Source: Nitrospirota bacterium | Lineage (GTDB): Bacteria; Nitrospirota; Thermodesulfovibrionia; Thermodesulfovibrionales; Dissulfurispiraceae | Assembly: GCA_963790025.1 (NCBI GenBank) | Contig: CAWBMP010000002.1 | Span: 708,445-772,444, forward strand | DNA length: 64,000 nt | Direction of reading: 5' to 3' | Shown: piece after piece, positions 45,890-57,318 of the stretch | How positions within the stretch are numbered: the stretch's first letter is position 1 | Layout of the letters: every line of letters starts with the position of its first letter | Translations under genes and position numbers: made by a program | The notes under the pieces: generated by a model | Told to the model about the DNA's origin: nothing | Databases searched by the model: none | The model's input: the letters and a program-made list of their open reading frames with translations, nothing else

Positions 45890-45938
45890 GGCCTTTTATA
45901 TCCTTGAAAAAGTTGCAGGTCTTCTGATAGTATTAAAA

Positions 45939-46343
45939 ATGCCTGGGGACACCGCAAAGGCTAGCATATTGCTTCGTGTGATTGCAAAGCTGGTTGATTT
46001 TATTTTTATTGCTGTAGCGATAAAAACCGTCTCTCAGGTAGGCTATTTTGCCGGCCTTGTCTACCTTCTTATCAGTGACGGCCTTTTTGATGGAAGGAGC
46101 CTGGGAAAGAAGATAATACGTTTGCGAGTAATATCGCCGGAGACCGGGACCCAAGCTACTTTCAGGGATTCCATGGTGAGAAATATTACGGTTGCCTTCT
46201 CTCTCCTTCTGTACAAGATACCGCTGCTGGGATGGGCCTTTATGCTGCTTGTCCTTGTGCTGGAGTTCCTGCTGATGCTGGGAAATGAGGCCGGACTGAG
46301 ACTTGGCGATAATTTAGCGAATACCAAAGTTATTGAAGGTTGA
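45939..46343 (+). CDS. RDD family membrane protein
   Basis: ASILLRVIAKLVD, GRSLGKK..RLRVI, RN, RLGD.LA.TKV. Confidence 0.85.
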   Translation: MPGDTAKASILLRVIAKLVDFIFIAVAIKTVSQVGYFAGLVYLLISDGLFDGRSLGKKIIRLRVISPETGTQATFRDSMVRNITVAFSLLLYKIPLLGWAFMLLVLVLEFLLMLGNEAGLRLGDNLANTKVIEG

Positions 46344-46391
46344 TTTTAAGAGCTCATGGCCGTCATCTTATAGAGCTAAAGGGGGGGTAGC

Positions 46392-47423
46392 GTGTTCATT
46401 CACAAGATACTGGGGATGTTCTCGAATGATCTTGCAATTGATCTGGGGACAGCAAATACACTTGTTTACGTGAAAGGGATGGGCATCATCTGCAATGAGG
46501 CTTCCGTAGTAGTAATCAGGAGGGACAACAAACGCCCTGTGGCGGTCGGGATAGAGGCAAAGGAGATGCTCGGTAAGACTCCATCGAATATTCTTGCTAT
46601 CAGGCCCATGAAAGACGGTGTCATTGCGGATTTTGATGCTACTGAGGTCATGCTTAAATACTTTATTACTAAAGCCCATAACCGGAAGAGCTTTGTCTCT
46701 CCGCGTGTAATCATCGGCGTCCCGTCCGGTATCACCCAGGTTGAGCAGCGTGCTGTCAAGGATGCCGCCCACGCTTCCGGAGCACGTGAAGTGTACCTTA
46801 TCGAGGAACCGATGGCTGCTGCGGTAGGTGTCGGCCTGCCTGTGGGTGAGCCGTCCGGTAATATGATAGTAGATATAGGTGGAGGGACCACAGACGTGGC
46901 TGTGATATCCCTTGACGGCATTGTTTACAGCAAGGCAGTACGCGTCGGCGGCGACAAGATGGACGAAGCAATTATGGCTTATATAAAACGCAAGTACAAT
47001 CTCATGATAGGGGAGCGGAGTTCCGAGAGAATAAAAATTGACCTCGGTTCCGCATATCCGACCGGTAATTCGGAGCCCATGGAGATCAAGGGAAGAGACC
47101 TGGTATCCGGTATCCCTAAGGCGATTAACGTGACCGAGGATGAGATTCGGGAGGCGCTGCAGGAAAGTATCGGACTTATACTGGATACCATTAAGGTCAC
47201 GCTTGAGAACACCCCTCCCGAGCTTGCCGCCGATATAGTTGACAAAGGCATTGTGCTGGCGGGAGGAGGCGCTCTACTAAGAGGACTCGATATACTGATT
47301 AGAGAACAGACCGGTGTGCCGGTGATTTTGCCCGACGATCCCCTTACCGCAGTTGTCAGGGGGTGCGGAATGATGCTGGATAAACTCGAGCTTCTTCAAA
47401 AGGTAGCCATCAGCACCAATTAA
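46392..47423 (+). CDS. mreB: Rod shape-determining protein MreB
   Basis: AIDLGTANT, IEEPMAAA, VDIGGGTT, GGGALL. Confidence 0.97.
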   Translation: MFIHKILGMFSNDLAIDLGTANTLVYVKGMGIICNEASVVVIRRDNKRPVAVGIEAKEMLGKTPSNILAIRPMKDGVIADFDATEVMLKYFITKAHNRKSFVSPRVIIGVPSGITQVEQRAVKDAAHASGAREVYLIEEPMAAAVGVGLPVGEPSGNMIVDIGGGTTDVAVISLDGIVYSKAVRVGGDKMDEAIMAYIKRKYNLMIGERSSERIKIDLGSAYPTGNSEPMEIKGRDLVSGIPKAINVTEDEIREALQESIGLILDTIKVTLENTPPELAADIVDKGIVLAGGGALLRGLDILIREQTGVPVILPDDPLTAVVRGCGMMLDKLELLQKVAISTN

Positions 47424-48214
47424 TGTCAAAGGGTAAAAAGAGACTTCTTATCCTGTTTGTCCTCGTCTCGGCAACCCTTACCCTGATGAGTTACCAGCAT
47501 GATAAAAGGGTTTTTTCCTTTTTAAATATGGTATCCCACCCGTATTATGCGCTCAATGAATTCACTTCAAACCTCGGGCTGACGATTAACAGGATACGGC
47601 ATGCCTTTGAGGAAAATAATCTGCTCAGGAAAGAGGTCAACCAACTCCTCGTTGAAAAACAGCAATACCAGGAGTTCATATTGGAAAACGAACGACTGAA
47701 GGCGCTGCTGTCTCTAAAAGAGCAGGAACCGAGATATGTAGCAGCTGCCAGAGTGATAGGGCGCGGATCGGACAAGCTGTTGAACATTGCGGTCCTGGAC
47801 AAGGGCGGGAAAAGCGGAATAGAAAAGGGTATGGCAGTCATGACCCCGCTAGGACTTGTCGGCAAAGTCTATTCAGTGCGGGATTCCTATTCTGAGGTAT
47901 TACTCCTGAATGATTCCAATTTTTCGGTTGCGGTCAGGCTGCAGAACAGCCGTCAAGTAGGTGTAGTGTCGGGTACAGGCGATGGTTACTGCCTCCTTAA
48001 ATATGTCCCTCCGGAGGAGAACGTGGAAAAGGGAGAAGTGGTAATAACATCCGGTTTTGACGGGATATTCCCCGAAGGCCTGCCGGTGGGTATTGTCAGT
48101 AAAGTGAAAAAGGAAGGGATAGAATTTTTTCAATATATAGAGGTGCGGCCTTTTCAGTCAAGCGCGAAGATTGAAGAGGTGCTTGTGCTGAAACAGGTGC
48201 TCTCCAAAAATTAA
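47423..48214 (+). CDS. mreC: Rod shape-determining protein MreC
   Basis: Transmembrane segment, coiled coil ENERLK.LL, DKG..SGI..GM.V, TSG.DGIFPEGLPVG; synteny. Confidence 0.93.
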   Translation: MSKGKKRLLILFVLVSATLTLMSYQHDKRVFSFLNMVSHPYYALNEFTSNLGLTINRIRHAFEENNLLRKEVNQLLVEKQQYQEFILENERLKALLSLKEQEPRYVAAARVIGRGSDKLLNIAVLDKGGKSGIEKGMAVMTPLGLVGKVYSVRDSYSEVLLLNDSNFSVAVRLQNSRQVGVVSGTGDGYCLLKYVPPEENVEKGEVVITSGFDGIFPEGLPVGIVSKVKKEGIEFFQYIEVRPFQSSAKIEEVLVLKQVLSKN

Positions 48215-48239
48215 CATGCCTTTGGAGGACTATATATAA

Positions 48240-48722
48240 ATGAATGGCCTGAAATGGACGCTCCTTGTCATGCTCGTTTTTCTTTTGCAGACGCAGTCTT
48301 TTTTTATAAAGGATTTCTCCAATCTCACGGTTATTCTCGTTTACTATTTCGGATTGAAAAGCTATCAGCGTGACACCAAGCATGGTTTGTCCGGAAGCAA
48401 GGCAGAGCTGGGGAGTTTTGCATTCGGGGTTATTATAGGCCTTATGGAAGATGTTATGTCCGGGGCCATAATCGGTCCCGGGGTACTGAGCAAGGGTTTG
48501 TTGGGTCTGCTGACACCGGTTGTTTTTACCGATATGGTATTTAAATGGACGCCTCTGTGGGGCGCGATCATAGTTGTTATTTTCACGCTCCTCGACGGAT
48601 TAGTCCTGATAGGTTCCCGGATATTTTTTACAGGGATCCATGTTACTGCCGCCACACTCTTTCAGATCATTTGTATTCAATCCTTTGTTAACATGCCATT
48701 TGGCATATTGTTACGGCCATGA
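48240..48722 (+). CDS. mreD: Rod shape-determining protein MreD
   Basis: Hydrophobic, G..IGL.ED motif, lies between mreC and mrdA. Confidence 0.8.
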   Translation: MNGLKWTLLVMLVFLLQTQSFFIKDFSNLTVILVYYFGLKSYQRDTKHGLSGSKAELGSFAFGVIIGLMEDVMSGAIIGPGVLSKGLLGLLTPVVFTDMVFKWTPLWGAIIVVIFTLLDGLVLIGSRIFFTGIHVTAATLFQIICIQSFVNMPFGILLRP

Positions 48723-48730
48723 AAAACACA

Positions 48731-48856
48731 AACCGCAGAGGGTTTTACTTGAACTCAAAAAATAAATACCACGAACATCACAGAGTTTTTTCTCGGTGTA
48801 CTCTATGTTTTAAGTTTTGTTTTTTTAAATTAATAGCTTTCTCTGAGTTCTCCGTG
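48731..48856. repeat. Degenerate ACCACAGAG/CTCTGTG-type (about 9-mer) inverted array between mreD and mrdA
   Basis: aaccgcagag, accacgaacatcacagag versus ctcggtgtactctatg, ctctgagttctccgtg. Confidence 0.4.
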
Positions 48857-48882
48857 ATTGATATCGGATTTCGGAGTGCCGG

Positions 48883-50709
48883 ATGCAGCTGAAGAAATTA
48901 CAATTAGGCTCCTATATAATAATCTCTGTCTTTCTGTTTTTCTGTTTCAAGCTCTGGCAGCTTCAGGGCCTGGAAGGTGACAAATACCGCGCGCTCTCCG
49001 AGAGTAACAGATTGAGAATTTTGAAAACTCCGGCACCGAGGGGAATTATCTTTGACCGCAAGGGGACCCCGCTGGTAAAAGATGTACCATTTTTCAGCGT
49101 CTCTATGAGTCCTGAGAATCTCAAGGGACTGGACCTTAATGCCCTTGCAATATTCCTCGGCATGGATAAGAAAGAGCTTGAGGAAAAATTGAACAGGAAA
49201 GACAACAGCCCTTTCATCCCCATTAAAATTAAACAGGGCCTGAGCTTTCAGGAGATTGCGCATGTCGAAGCCGGGAAATCCGATTTCCCCGGCCTTTTTG
49301 TCGAGACAGATGTGGGCAGGGAATACCTATTCGGCAAAACAGGCGCCCACATTATCGGCTATTTGGGCAAGATGACGCCTGCACAATTCGATAATCCCGC
49401 GTTCAGGAATTTTCCTCCTGATGCTCTTATAGGCCAATGGGGCGTTGAAGCGGTCTTCGATGAAGGATTGCGGGGCAAGCCCGGTGAAAGGATCATTGAG
49501 GTTGATGCCCTCGGCAGAGAATTGCGGCTCATACAGCAGAGGCCGTCGGTAAAGGGAACTGATATTACACTCAGTATTGACATCGATATACAGAAAGCTG
49601 TCGAGGATGCGTTTCACGACAAGGCCGGCGCTTTAGTGGCGATAAAGCCCGATACGGGGGAGATACTGGCCCTCGAAAGTCTTCCATCTTTTGATCCCAA
49701 TGTATTCTCGAGAGGCATACAGAACCAGGATTGGGCGGCGCTCATGTCGGACAAAAAAAACCCGATGCTCAACAGGGCGCTTCAGAGCCAGTATCCTCCC
49801 GGTTCCACCTTCAAGATAATCACTGCAACGGCAGCGCTGGAAGAGGGAGCCATAGAATTAGACAAAAAGATAAATTGTACCGGGGGGATACATTACGGGA
49901 AATGGACCTTCGGGTGCTGGAAAAAACACGGGCATGGTCCGATCGATTTTCACCATGCACTTGTCGAATCGTGTGATGTTTATTTCTACGAGGTAGGCAG
50001 AAGGCTTGGGATAGACAAGATATATAAATATGCAGTCGCCCTCGGGCTCGGCAAGGAGACAGGTCTGAATCTGCTGATCAAGGAGCGGCACGGGCTAATA
50101 CCGAATACGGAATGGAAAAGGGAGAAGAAGGGGCAGCCATGGTACCTTGGAGAAACATATAATGCTGCAATCGGTCAGGGCTATGTTTCTGTAACTCCTA
50201 TTCAAATGGCCAGGATGATGGCGACCTTGTCAAACGGGGGTACTATTTATCCCCTCTCTATCTTAAAGGGGGGAAGTAAGCCGATAGGACAGGCCGGCAT
50301 AAGGCCTGAAACAATACAAATCATAAAGGAAGCGCTGGCCGGAGTGGTGAATGAGCCCGACGGCACGGCACATGCCTCGCAGTCGCAGGCTGTTTTAATC
50401 GGCGGTAAGACCGGTACAGCACAGGTTATTGGAAAAGAGCGGGGAGCATCAGGAGAAAAATATATGGACCATGCCTGGTTCGTCGCCTTTGCGCCTGTCG
50501 ACAAACCGGAGATAGCGTTGTCGGTCTTTGTGGAGCATGGCGGACACGGCGCAACGGCTGCAGCTCCAATTGCCAAAAAGGCCATAGAAGCATATCTTAT
50601 AAAACAAAAACCCGCTGAACCGGGTGCACCCATCAAACCACAAAAAGTCGGTACCGGCAATTCGTCTACACAGAAGAACGATGAAAATACTCAGGAGGTG
50701 CCGGATTGA
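48883..50709 (+). CDS. mrdA: Penicillin-binding protein 2
   Basis: APRG.I.DR.G, STFK, SCD, KTGTAQ. Confidence 0.95.
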   Translation: MQLKKLQLGSYIIISVFLFFCFKLWQLQGLEGDKYRALSESNRLRILKTPAPRGIIFDRKGTPLVKDVPFFSVSMSPENLKGLDLNALAIFLGMDKKELEEKLNRKDNSPFIPIKIKQGLSFQEIAHVEAGKSDFPGLFVETDVGREYLFGKTGAHIIGYLGKMTPAQFDNPAFRNFPPDALIGQWGVEAVFDEGLRGKPGERIIEVDALGRELRLIQQRPSVKGTDITLSIDIDIQKAVEDAFHDKAGALVAIKPDTGEILALESLPSFDPNVFSRGIQNQDWAALMSDKKNPMLNRALQSQYPPGSTFKIITATAALEEGAIELDKKINCTGGIHYGKWTFGCWKKHGHGPIDFHHALVESCDVYFYEVGRRLGIDKIYKYAVALGLGKETGLNLLIKERHGLIPNTEWKREKKGQPWYLGETYNAAIGQGYVSVTPIQMARMMATLSNGGTIYPLSILKGGSKPIGQAGIRPETIQIIKEALAGVVNEPDGTAHASQSQAVLIGGKTGTAQVIGKERGASGEKYMDHAWFVAFAPVDKPEIALSVFVEHGGHGATAAAPIAKKAIEAYLIKQKPAEPGAPIKPQKVGTGNSSTQKNDENTQEVPD

Positions 50710-51833
50710 TTTTAAAGGTTGACCGCCGCTTAACCAAGAACTTTGACTGGATTACCTTCGGCCTTGTTGTCTGTCTCTCGCTGATCGGAATAATAACCAT
50801 ATACAGTGCAACAAGACCGCCTGCAGGAGTAGGTGGGCATCCGGATTTTTACTCAAAGCAGATAATATGGCTTGTCATAAGCATCGTCTTACTTTTCGCC
50901 ATAGTTTTTTTTGACTATAAGTGGCTGTACCGGTATGCGTACCAACTCTATGGCATTGGTCTTTTATTGCTTGCCGCTGTCCTTATCGTCGGGAAGACGA
51001 GCATGGGAGCCAAACGGTGGCTGAGCGTAGGTTTGTTTTCATTTCAGCCGTCGGAATTCTTTAGAATTCTGTTCATTATAGGCCTTTCGGCATATCTTGC
51101 CACAAGCGACGCTGATTCCCCGGAGAAAATGTCAGCAAAAAGTGTTGTAATGTTTGCACTACTCCCCCTGGCGTTGCTCATAAAGCAACCCGACCTGGGG
51201 ACCGCTATCCTTATGGTTTCTTTATTTATTGTGCTGTCTATTTCCAAAGGCGTGAGCAAAAAAATTATAACAGTGGTGCTGATAATAGGAATCGTCTCGG
51301 TACCTTTCCTAGGCCATATTGTCTGGGAAGGGCTCAAGGATTATCAGAAGAACCGCCTTGTTGCTTTTATGGACCCCGAGGTCGACCCCTCAGGCATCGG
51401 CTACCATATCACCCAGTCCAAGATATCCATCGGTTCGGGAGGCATCCTGGGCAAGGGATACCTCAAGGGTACACAGGGGCCGCTCAGATTTCTTCCTGAA
51501 AAACATACGGATTTTATATTCGCCGTCTATGCGGAAGAATTCGGTTTTGTCGGCAGCATTCTTCTTTTGGGCATTTATTTATTTCTTTTCCTGCGCGGAC
51601 TGGATACCGCGCGCCGCGCAAAAGATGAGTTCGGAAGGCTCATGGCTGTGGGCATAACCGCCATGTTCTTTGTCTATTTTTGCGTTAATATCGGGATGAC
51701 ACTCAGCCTGATGCCTGTTGTGGGCATTCCACTTCCCTTTGTCAGCTACGGCGGCACGTCCCTGCTGAGCAATTTTATTGCTGCCGGTATACTGATCAAT
51801 ATCAGAACAAGAAGATTCGAGTTGTTTTACTAA
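50706..51833 (+). CDS. rodA: Rod shape-determining protein RodA
   Basis: [35 protein letters not shown]. Confidence 0.96.
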   Translation: MILKVDRRLTKNFDWITFGLVVCLSLIGIITIYSATRPPAGVGGHPDFYSKQIIWLVISIVLLFAIVFFDYKWLYRYAYQLYGIGLLLLAAVLIVGKTSMGAKRWLSVGLFSFQPSEFFRILFIIGLSAYLATSDADSPEKMSAKSVVMFALLPLALLIKQPDLGTAILMVSLFIVLSISKGVSKKIITVVLIIGIVSVPFLGHIVWEGLKDYQKNRLVAFMDPEVDPSGIGYHITQSKISIGSGGILGKGYLKGTQGPLRFLPEKHTDFIFAVYAEEFGFVGSILLLGIYLFLFLRGLDTARRAKDEFGRLMAVGITAMFFVYFCVNIGMTLSLMPVVGIPLPFVSYGGTSLLSNFIAAGILINIRTRRFELFY

Positions 51834-51895
51834 TGACGATATATCGGCTGTGTATGATAATATACACATTACATTTCTGTGCGGAGGGTGAATCA

Positions 51896-52357
51896 ATGAA
51901 AATAATAGAAGGCGAACTTCAGGCAAAAGGTTTCAAGTTCGGTATTGTTGTCAGCAGGTTTAATGATTTTATCACGTCCCGGCTGCTTGAAGGCGCAGTC
52001 GATGCTCTTGTAAGGCACGGTGCAAAAGAAGACGATATCGAAGTGGTAAAAGTCCCGGGTGCTTTTGAAATTCCCCTTATAGCAAAAAAGCTGGCAATGA
52101 AGGGGACTTACCAAGCAGTAATCTGCCTGGGGACCGTGATCAGGGGGGCGACACCACATTTTGATTACATTGCTGCGGAGGTTTCAAAAGGCGTAGCAGT
52201 CGCCTCGCTGGATACAGGGGTCCCCATGGCGTTCGGAATCATCACCGCCGATAGCATCGAACAAGCGGTCGAGCGGGCGGGCACCAAAGCAGGCAACAAG
52301 GGGTGGGACGCCGCCATTACAGCCATAGAAATGGCACAGGTGGTTAAAAGGCTTTGA
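51896..52357 (+). CDS. ribH: 6,7-dimethyl-8-ribityllumazine synthase
   Basis: [36 protein letters not shown]. Confidence 0.97.
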   Translation: MKIIEGELQAKGFKFGIVVSRFNDFITSRLLEGAVDALVRHGAKEDDIEVVKVPGAFEIPLIAKKLAMKGTYQAVICLGTVIRGATPHFDYIAAEVSKGVAVASLDTGVPMAFGIITADSIEQAVERAGTKAGNKGWDAAITAIEMAQVVKRL

Positions 52358-52364
52358 TCTGTCT

Positions 52365-52814
52365 ATGAAGAGAAGAAAAGCGAGAGAGTATGCCCTGCAG
52401 TTCTTGTACAGGATTGATTTCTTTGAGGGAGGCGGAAGCGGGCCGAAGCATTACACTAAACCTGGGGAACTGAAAAGTGAACTCGATTCTTTCTGGAACG
52501 AAGCCGGCGATGCCGCACAGGATGTAAAGTCATTTGCCGAGGACATAATAACAGGCACCATAAAAAATCTTGACGAAATAGATTCCGTTATTCAGCGAAT
52601 TGCCGAAAAATGGACGCTTTCACGTATTGCAAGCATCGATAGAAATATCCTCAGGTTCGCCTGTTATGAACTGTTATTCCGGAAAGATATTCCCGGAGCG
52701 GTGACAATAAACGAGGCGCTAGAGATTGCAAAAAAATATTCTACTGCTGACTCGGCCTCTTTTATCAACGGTCTTCTTGACAGGATAGCACATGAGTACA
52801 GCCAAAACAAATAA
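52365..52814 (+). CDS. nusB: Transcription antitermination factor NusB
   Basis: RRKAREYALQ.LY, DRNILR, INEA.EIAKKY, FINGLLD. Confidence 0.96.
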   Translation: MKRRKAREYALQFLYRIDFFEGGGSGPKHYTKPGELKSELDSFWNEAGDAAQDVKSFAEDIITGTIKNLDEIDSVIQRIAEKWTLSRIASIDRNILRFACYELLFRKDIPGAVTINEALEIAKKYSTADSASFINGLLDRIAHEYSQNK

Positions 52815-52818
52815 AGAC

Positions 52819-52914
52819 AGTGTCAAAGTATTAAAGGGTCATAGTGTAAAGGCTGTATCATTGGTGTCAAAGCAGTCTTGTTCTATTGCTCTGATACTTT
52901 GACACTCTGATACC
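52819..52914. repeat. Octamer-array (AGTGTCAA) hairpin between convergent genes
   Basis: Left agtgtcaa agtattaa agggtcat agtgtaaa; right ctgatact ttgacact ctgatacc. Confidence 0.8.
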
Positions 52915-52918
52915 TTCT

Positions 52919-54022
52919 TCAGGCGGCGTTGCCGGAGAGTTCTTCGAAAAGAGCTTCGACAGATAATATACGGTCGACCCTGGCAGCCTGGGTCCCGACA
53001 GTATAAAGCGGCTCCTCTTTATCAGAATTGTAGTCTGCTGAACTCAACAGGCCGTTGCAGATACAGAAATGGTGCTCGTTGCTTTCCTTTGCCGGGCAAA
53101 TAGTGAATTTCCCGTCGCGGTCTTTAAGCAGCACATAGCCTTTATCGCACTTGGGGGTCCGCAGCCGCTTGATAGCGGAGACATACATAGGTGATTGCCT
53201 GATCACCCTGAAAGGCAGGCCACAGGGCGAACCAGGGTCGAAGGCTACGACTATATCTTCCTCTCTGGCATTGATAACTGCCTGTTTATATGCCTCGGAA
53301 GCACTGCTTTCTTCGGTTGCGAGGAAGCGCGTGCCCATCTGGACTCCGTCCGCTCCCAGCGACATGAATTTTATAATATCCTCGTGTGTATAGAGGCCGC
53401 CTGCGACTATTACTGGGAAATCGCCGTATTTTATTGCCATGTCTTTGATGGGGGGCAGCAGATTTTCGAGTGTATTGGACTCAAGGTATATCTGGTCCAT
53501 TTTAAAGCCAAGATGGCCGCCCGCAAGCGGTCCTTCGAGCACTATCGCATCGGGCCTGTAACCCAGCCTCCCCCATTTTTTGCATATGATGTCGAGCGCC
53601 CTAGTGGACGATACAATCGGGATAAGGGCAGTGTCTTTAACCGGCTGGATTGCCGGCAGAGTCAACGGCAGGCCAGCTCCTGAAATGATTGCGTCGGCGC
53701 CTGCATCGAGTGCTCCCCTCACCGAATCGTTGTAATCGTGCACAAGCGCGGCCATTATATTTATGCCTGCAAAGCCTCCAGCTTCCTTTGCGCGAGAGAC
53801 CTCTTCGTATGCCGCCTCATAGGTGCCTAATCTTTTCCCGATCCTTTTTGAAACAACCCGGTCAAGGCAGGCGCTCGATACAATGCCGAGACCTCCCTGC
53901 AGCGCAACCGCGCTCGCCAGCGGGTATAACGAAACACCGACACCCATTCCACCCTGAACAATGGGTATTTTTATTTCTTTCCCTTTTATAATAAGAGGCT
54001 TTAAAGGTGATTTGGAATTCAC
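52919..54022 (-). CDS. Nitronate monooxygenase family flavoprotein
   Basis: PIVQGGMGVG, SGAGLP, EGPLAGGHLG, GVQMGTRF. Confidence 0.9.
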   Translation of the reverse strand: MNSKSPLKPLIIKGKEIKIPIVQGGMGVGVSLYPLASAVALQGGLGIVSSACLDRVVSKRIGKRLGTYEAAYEEVSRAKEAGGFAGINIMAALVHDYNDSVRGALDAGADAIISGAGLPLTLPAIQPVKDTALIPIVSSTRALDIICKKWGRLGYRPDAIVLEGPLAGGHLGFKMDQIYLESNTLENLLPPIKDMAIKYGDFPVIVAGGLYTHEDIIKFMSLGADGVQMGTRFLATEESSASEAYKQAVINAREEDIVVAFDPGSPCGLPFRVIRQSPMYVSAIKRLRTPKCDKGYVLLKDRDGKFTICPAKESNEHHFCICNGLLSSADYNSDKEEPLYTVGTQAARVDRILSVEALFEELSGNAA

Positions 54023-54194
54023 AATGCTCCTAAGTGATTATTATTTTAACATAATCTTAATAATACCCGTTTATTGTATATGTCCCCGCTAATTTTCTCA
54101 ATATATTTTTGTCCAGTGTGGAATTAAGGCCGCAGCAAAAGGGTCTTTAACAGGCAGATGGAATTATTGCCGCTTTTGAGTATAATAGCGGGAT

Positions 54195-55637
54195 ATGAGA
54201 AGGCTTCTTTTAAAAAAGAACTTATCCGACCTCACTATAGACGCTTTCGAAGAGAAGCACGGCCTTAAAAGATCGCTCGGGCCGGTAAGCCTGGTGCTTT
54301 TGGGAATAGGCGTTATCATAGGCGCCGGTATTTTTGTGCTGACCGGCCATGCGGCCGCCCAGATCGCCGGTCCGGCGATAGTCCTGTCCTTTATTATAGC
54401 CGGCATTGCCTGCGCCTTTGCAGGACTGTGCTATGCAGAATTCGCCTCGATGATCCCGACTGCCGGGAGCGCGTATACTTATGCCTATGCGACTCTGGGA
54501 CAGTTCGTAGCATGGATAATCGGGTGGGACCTTATACTGGAATACTCCCTCGGTGCAACGACTGTTGCAATCGGGTGGTCCGGATACATGGTTAGCTTTT
54601 TAAAAGATTTGGGTCTTATCATTCCCAAATTTCTTGCCTCGCCTCCTTTCACTTATGACATTACGCAGCACCAATGGGTCTTGACAGGGGCTCTTTTTAA
54701 TCTCCCTGCGGTTGTAGTCGTAGCTTTAATCACCGTCATTCTGGTGATCGGCATCAAGGAATCCGCTACATTGAACGCAGTTATCGTATTCGTCAAAGTT
54801 GCAATAATACTCGCCTTCATCGCCGTCGGCGTATTTTTTATAAAACCCGCACTCTGGCACCCTTTTATCCCCCCCAACAAGGGAGAGTTCGGCGTCTTTG
54901 GTCTTAGCGGCGTCATGAGAGGGGCCGGAGTCATTTTTTTTGCCTATATTGGATTTGATGCCGTATCTACGCTTGCCCAGGAGGCAAAGAGGCCGCAAAA
55001 GGACATGCCCGCCGGCATTCTGGGCAGTCTTTTTGTGTGCACGCTGCTATATGTAATTGTTGCACTCGTTTTGACAGGCGTGGTCCCTTACTACGAGCTG
55101 AACGGTCCGGCACCCTTTGCAGTTGCACTTGATGCCATGGGACTGCAGTTCTTCTCTCCCCTGCTGAAAGTGGGGGCGATTGCCGGATTGACTTCGGTTA
55201 TACTGGTGCTCCTGCTCGGCCAGACAAGAATTTTCTTTTCCATGGGCAGGGACCGCCTCCTTCCTCCTTTTTTCTCCAGCGTCCATCCGGAATTCAGGAC
55301 CCCTTATATCGTTACCATTGTGACCGGAAGCGTTACTTCGGTACTGGCTGCCCTCCTTCCAATCGGCATTGTCGGCGAGCTCGTGAGCATAGGCACTCTA
55401 CTGGCCTTTGTGATAGTTTGCTCGGGTGTCCTGGTATTGCGTTATACGCACCCCGAAATCAAAAGGGGCTTCAGGGCTCCGGGTGGCACGGCAATACCAG
55501 CGTTGGGAATCCTGACTTGTATTTATCTGATGATAGGACTTCCCGGAGATACCTGGATAAGGCTTGTTGTATGGCTTGTCATTGGACTTATAATTTATTT
55601 TTCTTACGGCATAAAAAGGGCGGAAAGGGAGAAATAA
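54195..55637 (+). CDS. APC-family amino acid permease
   Basis: [30 protein letters not shown]. Confidence 0.95.
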   Translation: MRRLLLKKNLSDLTIDAFEEKHGLKRSLGPVSLVLLGIGVIIGAGIFVLTGHAAAQIAGPAIVLSFIIAGIACAFAGLCYAEFASMIPTAGSAYTYAYATLGQFVAWIIGWDLILEYSLGATTVAIGWSGYMVSFLKDLGLIIPKFLASPPFTYDITQHQWVLTGALFNLPAVVVVALITVILVIGIKESATLNAVIVFVKVAIILAFIAVGVFFIKPALWHPFIPPNKGEFGVFGLSGVMRGAGVIFFAYIGFDAVSTLAQEAKRPQKDMPAGILGSLFVCTLLYVIVALVLTGVVPYYELNGPAPFAVALDAMGLQFFSPLLKVGAIAGLTSVILVLLLGQTRIFFSMGRDRLLPPFFSSVHPEFRTPYIVTIVTGSVTSVLAALLPIGIVGELVSIGTLLAFVIVCSGVLVLRYTHPEIKRGFRAPGGTAIPALGILTCIYLMIGLPGDTWIRLVVWLVIGLIIYFSYGIKRAEREK

Positions 55638-55682
55638 GTGTTTTTTTTCTCTGCTCAATTTTGCCACGCCGACATTTTTGGG

Positions 55683-55712
55683 TTGACATGAGCTTTTTTT
55701 ATATGGTACATT
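55683..55712 (+). promoter_or_regulatory. Putative sigma70 promoter of the OFA transporter
   Basis: TTGACA-18-TACATT with a TG extension, about 210 nt upstream of ATG. Confidence 0.5.
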
Positions 55713-55924
55713 TGCTCAAGTTATATTCTAGGAAGATTCTAAAGACCTTTTCGCTGCGCTTGGGAGGGACCGCGATTATATGTTTGTTGGCAGGATGAAG
55801 TAAGTTTACGGTTGTCATATGAATAGGCAACCTCGGATTTAGGGATTAAGGCTTGAGGGCCTTGCACAAGAATACGGGTTCTGTGAAAGGCATTGTACTA
55901 TCCCCGACTAAATAAGGAGGAAAG

Positions 55925-57244
55925 ATGGCGGAAGCAGCCAGCACAGTTAATGAAAGCATACCCGAAAAAGTGCCAGGCAAGGCTTGGGTAGTCACATTCG
56001 CGGGTACGGCAGTAAATCTTTGTCTCGGAATCCTGTATGCATGGAGCGTCTGGGCCAAGGCACTGATCAATGTAAAACAGGCAGGACAGCCCATGACCGG
56101 AATCAACGAGGGCTGGACTTACCTCACCAATGCAGAAGCAGCCACTCCGTTTTCCCTCTGTGTCATCATTTTTGCGATATTCATGATTGCTGGAGGGCGC
56201 ATCCAGGATAAGTACGGTCCCAAAGTCGGCGCAACTCTCGGCGGACTGTGTCTTGCGGGAGGATGCATACTTGCCGGTTTGATGAAGAGTTATACCGGCC
56301 TTATTGTAGGTTTCGGTGTGCTTGGCGGAATTGGGATGGGCATCGGCTATGCAGCTCCCACTCCGGCTGCACTGAAATGGTTCGGACCACATAAACGCGG
56401 CTTGATTGCAGGTCTCGTTGTCGGCGGGTACGGCGGAGCAGCTCTCTATATCGCTCCGTTGGCGCAGAAGCTGATCGATAGTTATGGCATTTCGGGCAGC
56501 TTTATCTCCCTGGGAATTTTCTTTGCAGTAGTCGTTGTTATTGCCGGACAGCTCCTCTCATGGCCGCCGACCGGATATGTACCGCCCGCCCTCAAGACAA
56601 CTGCGGCGTCAGCAGCAGCAACGGCAAAGAAGCAGACAGCGCATGATTGGACAGCGGGCGAAATGTCAAAGACTTGGCAGTTCTATGCGCTCGTCATCCT
56701 GTTCATCGGTTCGACACAATCGGGCCTCATGATTATTGCAAATGCGGCGGGCATATTGGCCACAACAGCAAAAGGGTTGCCTTTTTTTGCTGCTAATGCG
56801 TGGATACTGGTCTCTTTTGGCGGGGCCATCAATGCATTGGGCAGGGTTGGCACCGGTATGTATTCCGATAAAATTGGCCGTGCTAATGCGTACACCTTAA
56901 ACTGTGTCGTTTCGGCCCTGTGTCTCTTTGCAATGCCCTCCATTATTGCCTCAAAGAGCGTCCTTTTCCTGTTCCTGGCAGTAGGCATAGCCTATTGGCA
57001 GTACGGCGGCGGACTTGCATTACTGCCTGCCTTTACAGCAGATTTCTTTGGTGCCAAGAACCTTGGTTTCAACTACGGCCTGGTATTTATAGGGTGGGGA
57101 TTAGGTTTCTTCATGGCGAGACTGGCAGGAACAATCAAGGATGTCACCGGCAGTCTCGATTATGCATTCTACCTTTCGGCAGCAGTGCTGATTATCGCTG
57201 TTATCCTTGTCAGGGTTACGCAGAGACCGAAGTGGTCGACCTAG
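55925..57244 (+). CDS. OFA-family MFS transporter (oxalate:formate antiporter / L-lactate-like)
   Basis: LG.LYAWS, GRIQDK.GP, KWF..KRGL..G, G.KN.GFNYG; AAGGAGG SD. Confidence 0.9.
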   Translation: MAEAASTVNESIPEKVPGKAWVVTFAGTAVNLCLGILYAWSVWAKALINVKQAGQPMTGINEGWTYLTNAEAATPFSLCVIIFAIFMIAGGRIQDKYGPKVGATLGGLCLAGGCILAGLMKSYTGLIVGFGVLGGIGMGIGYAAPTPAALKWFGPHKRGLIAGLVVGGYGGAALYIAPLAQKLIDSYGISGSFISLGIFFAVVVVIAGQLLSWPPTGYVPPALKTTAASAAATAKKQTAHDWTAGEMSKTWQFYALVILFIGSTQSGLMIIANAAGILATTAKGLPFFAANAWILVSFGGAINALGRVGTGMYSDKIGRANAYTLNCVVSALCLFAMPSIIASKSVLFLFLAVGIAYWQYGGGLALLPAFTADFFGAKNLGFNYGLVFIGWGLGFFMARLAGTIKDVTGSLDYAFYLSAAVLIIAVILVRVTQRPKWST

Positions 57245-57280
57245 CGAAGTAAGTATCAGAAGTGCAAAACATGAGTTTAT

Positions 57281-57318
57281 TTGGATGGCCGGTGTAATAT
57301 CGGCCATCCAATTTTTTT
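57281..57318 (+). terminator. Rho-independent terminator between convergent genes
   Basis: ttggatggccg-9nt-cggccatccaa followed by a T run. Confidence 0.85.
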
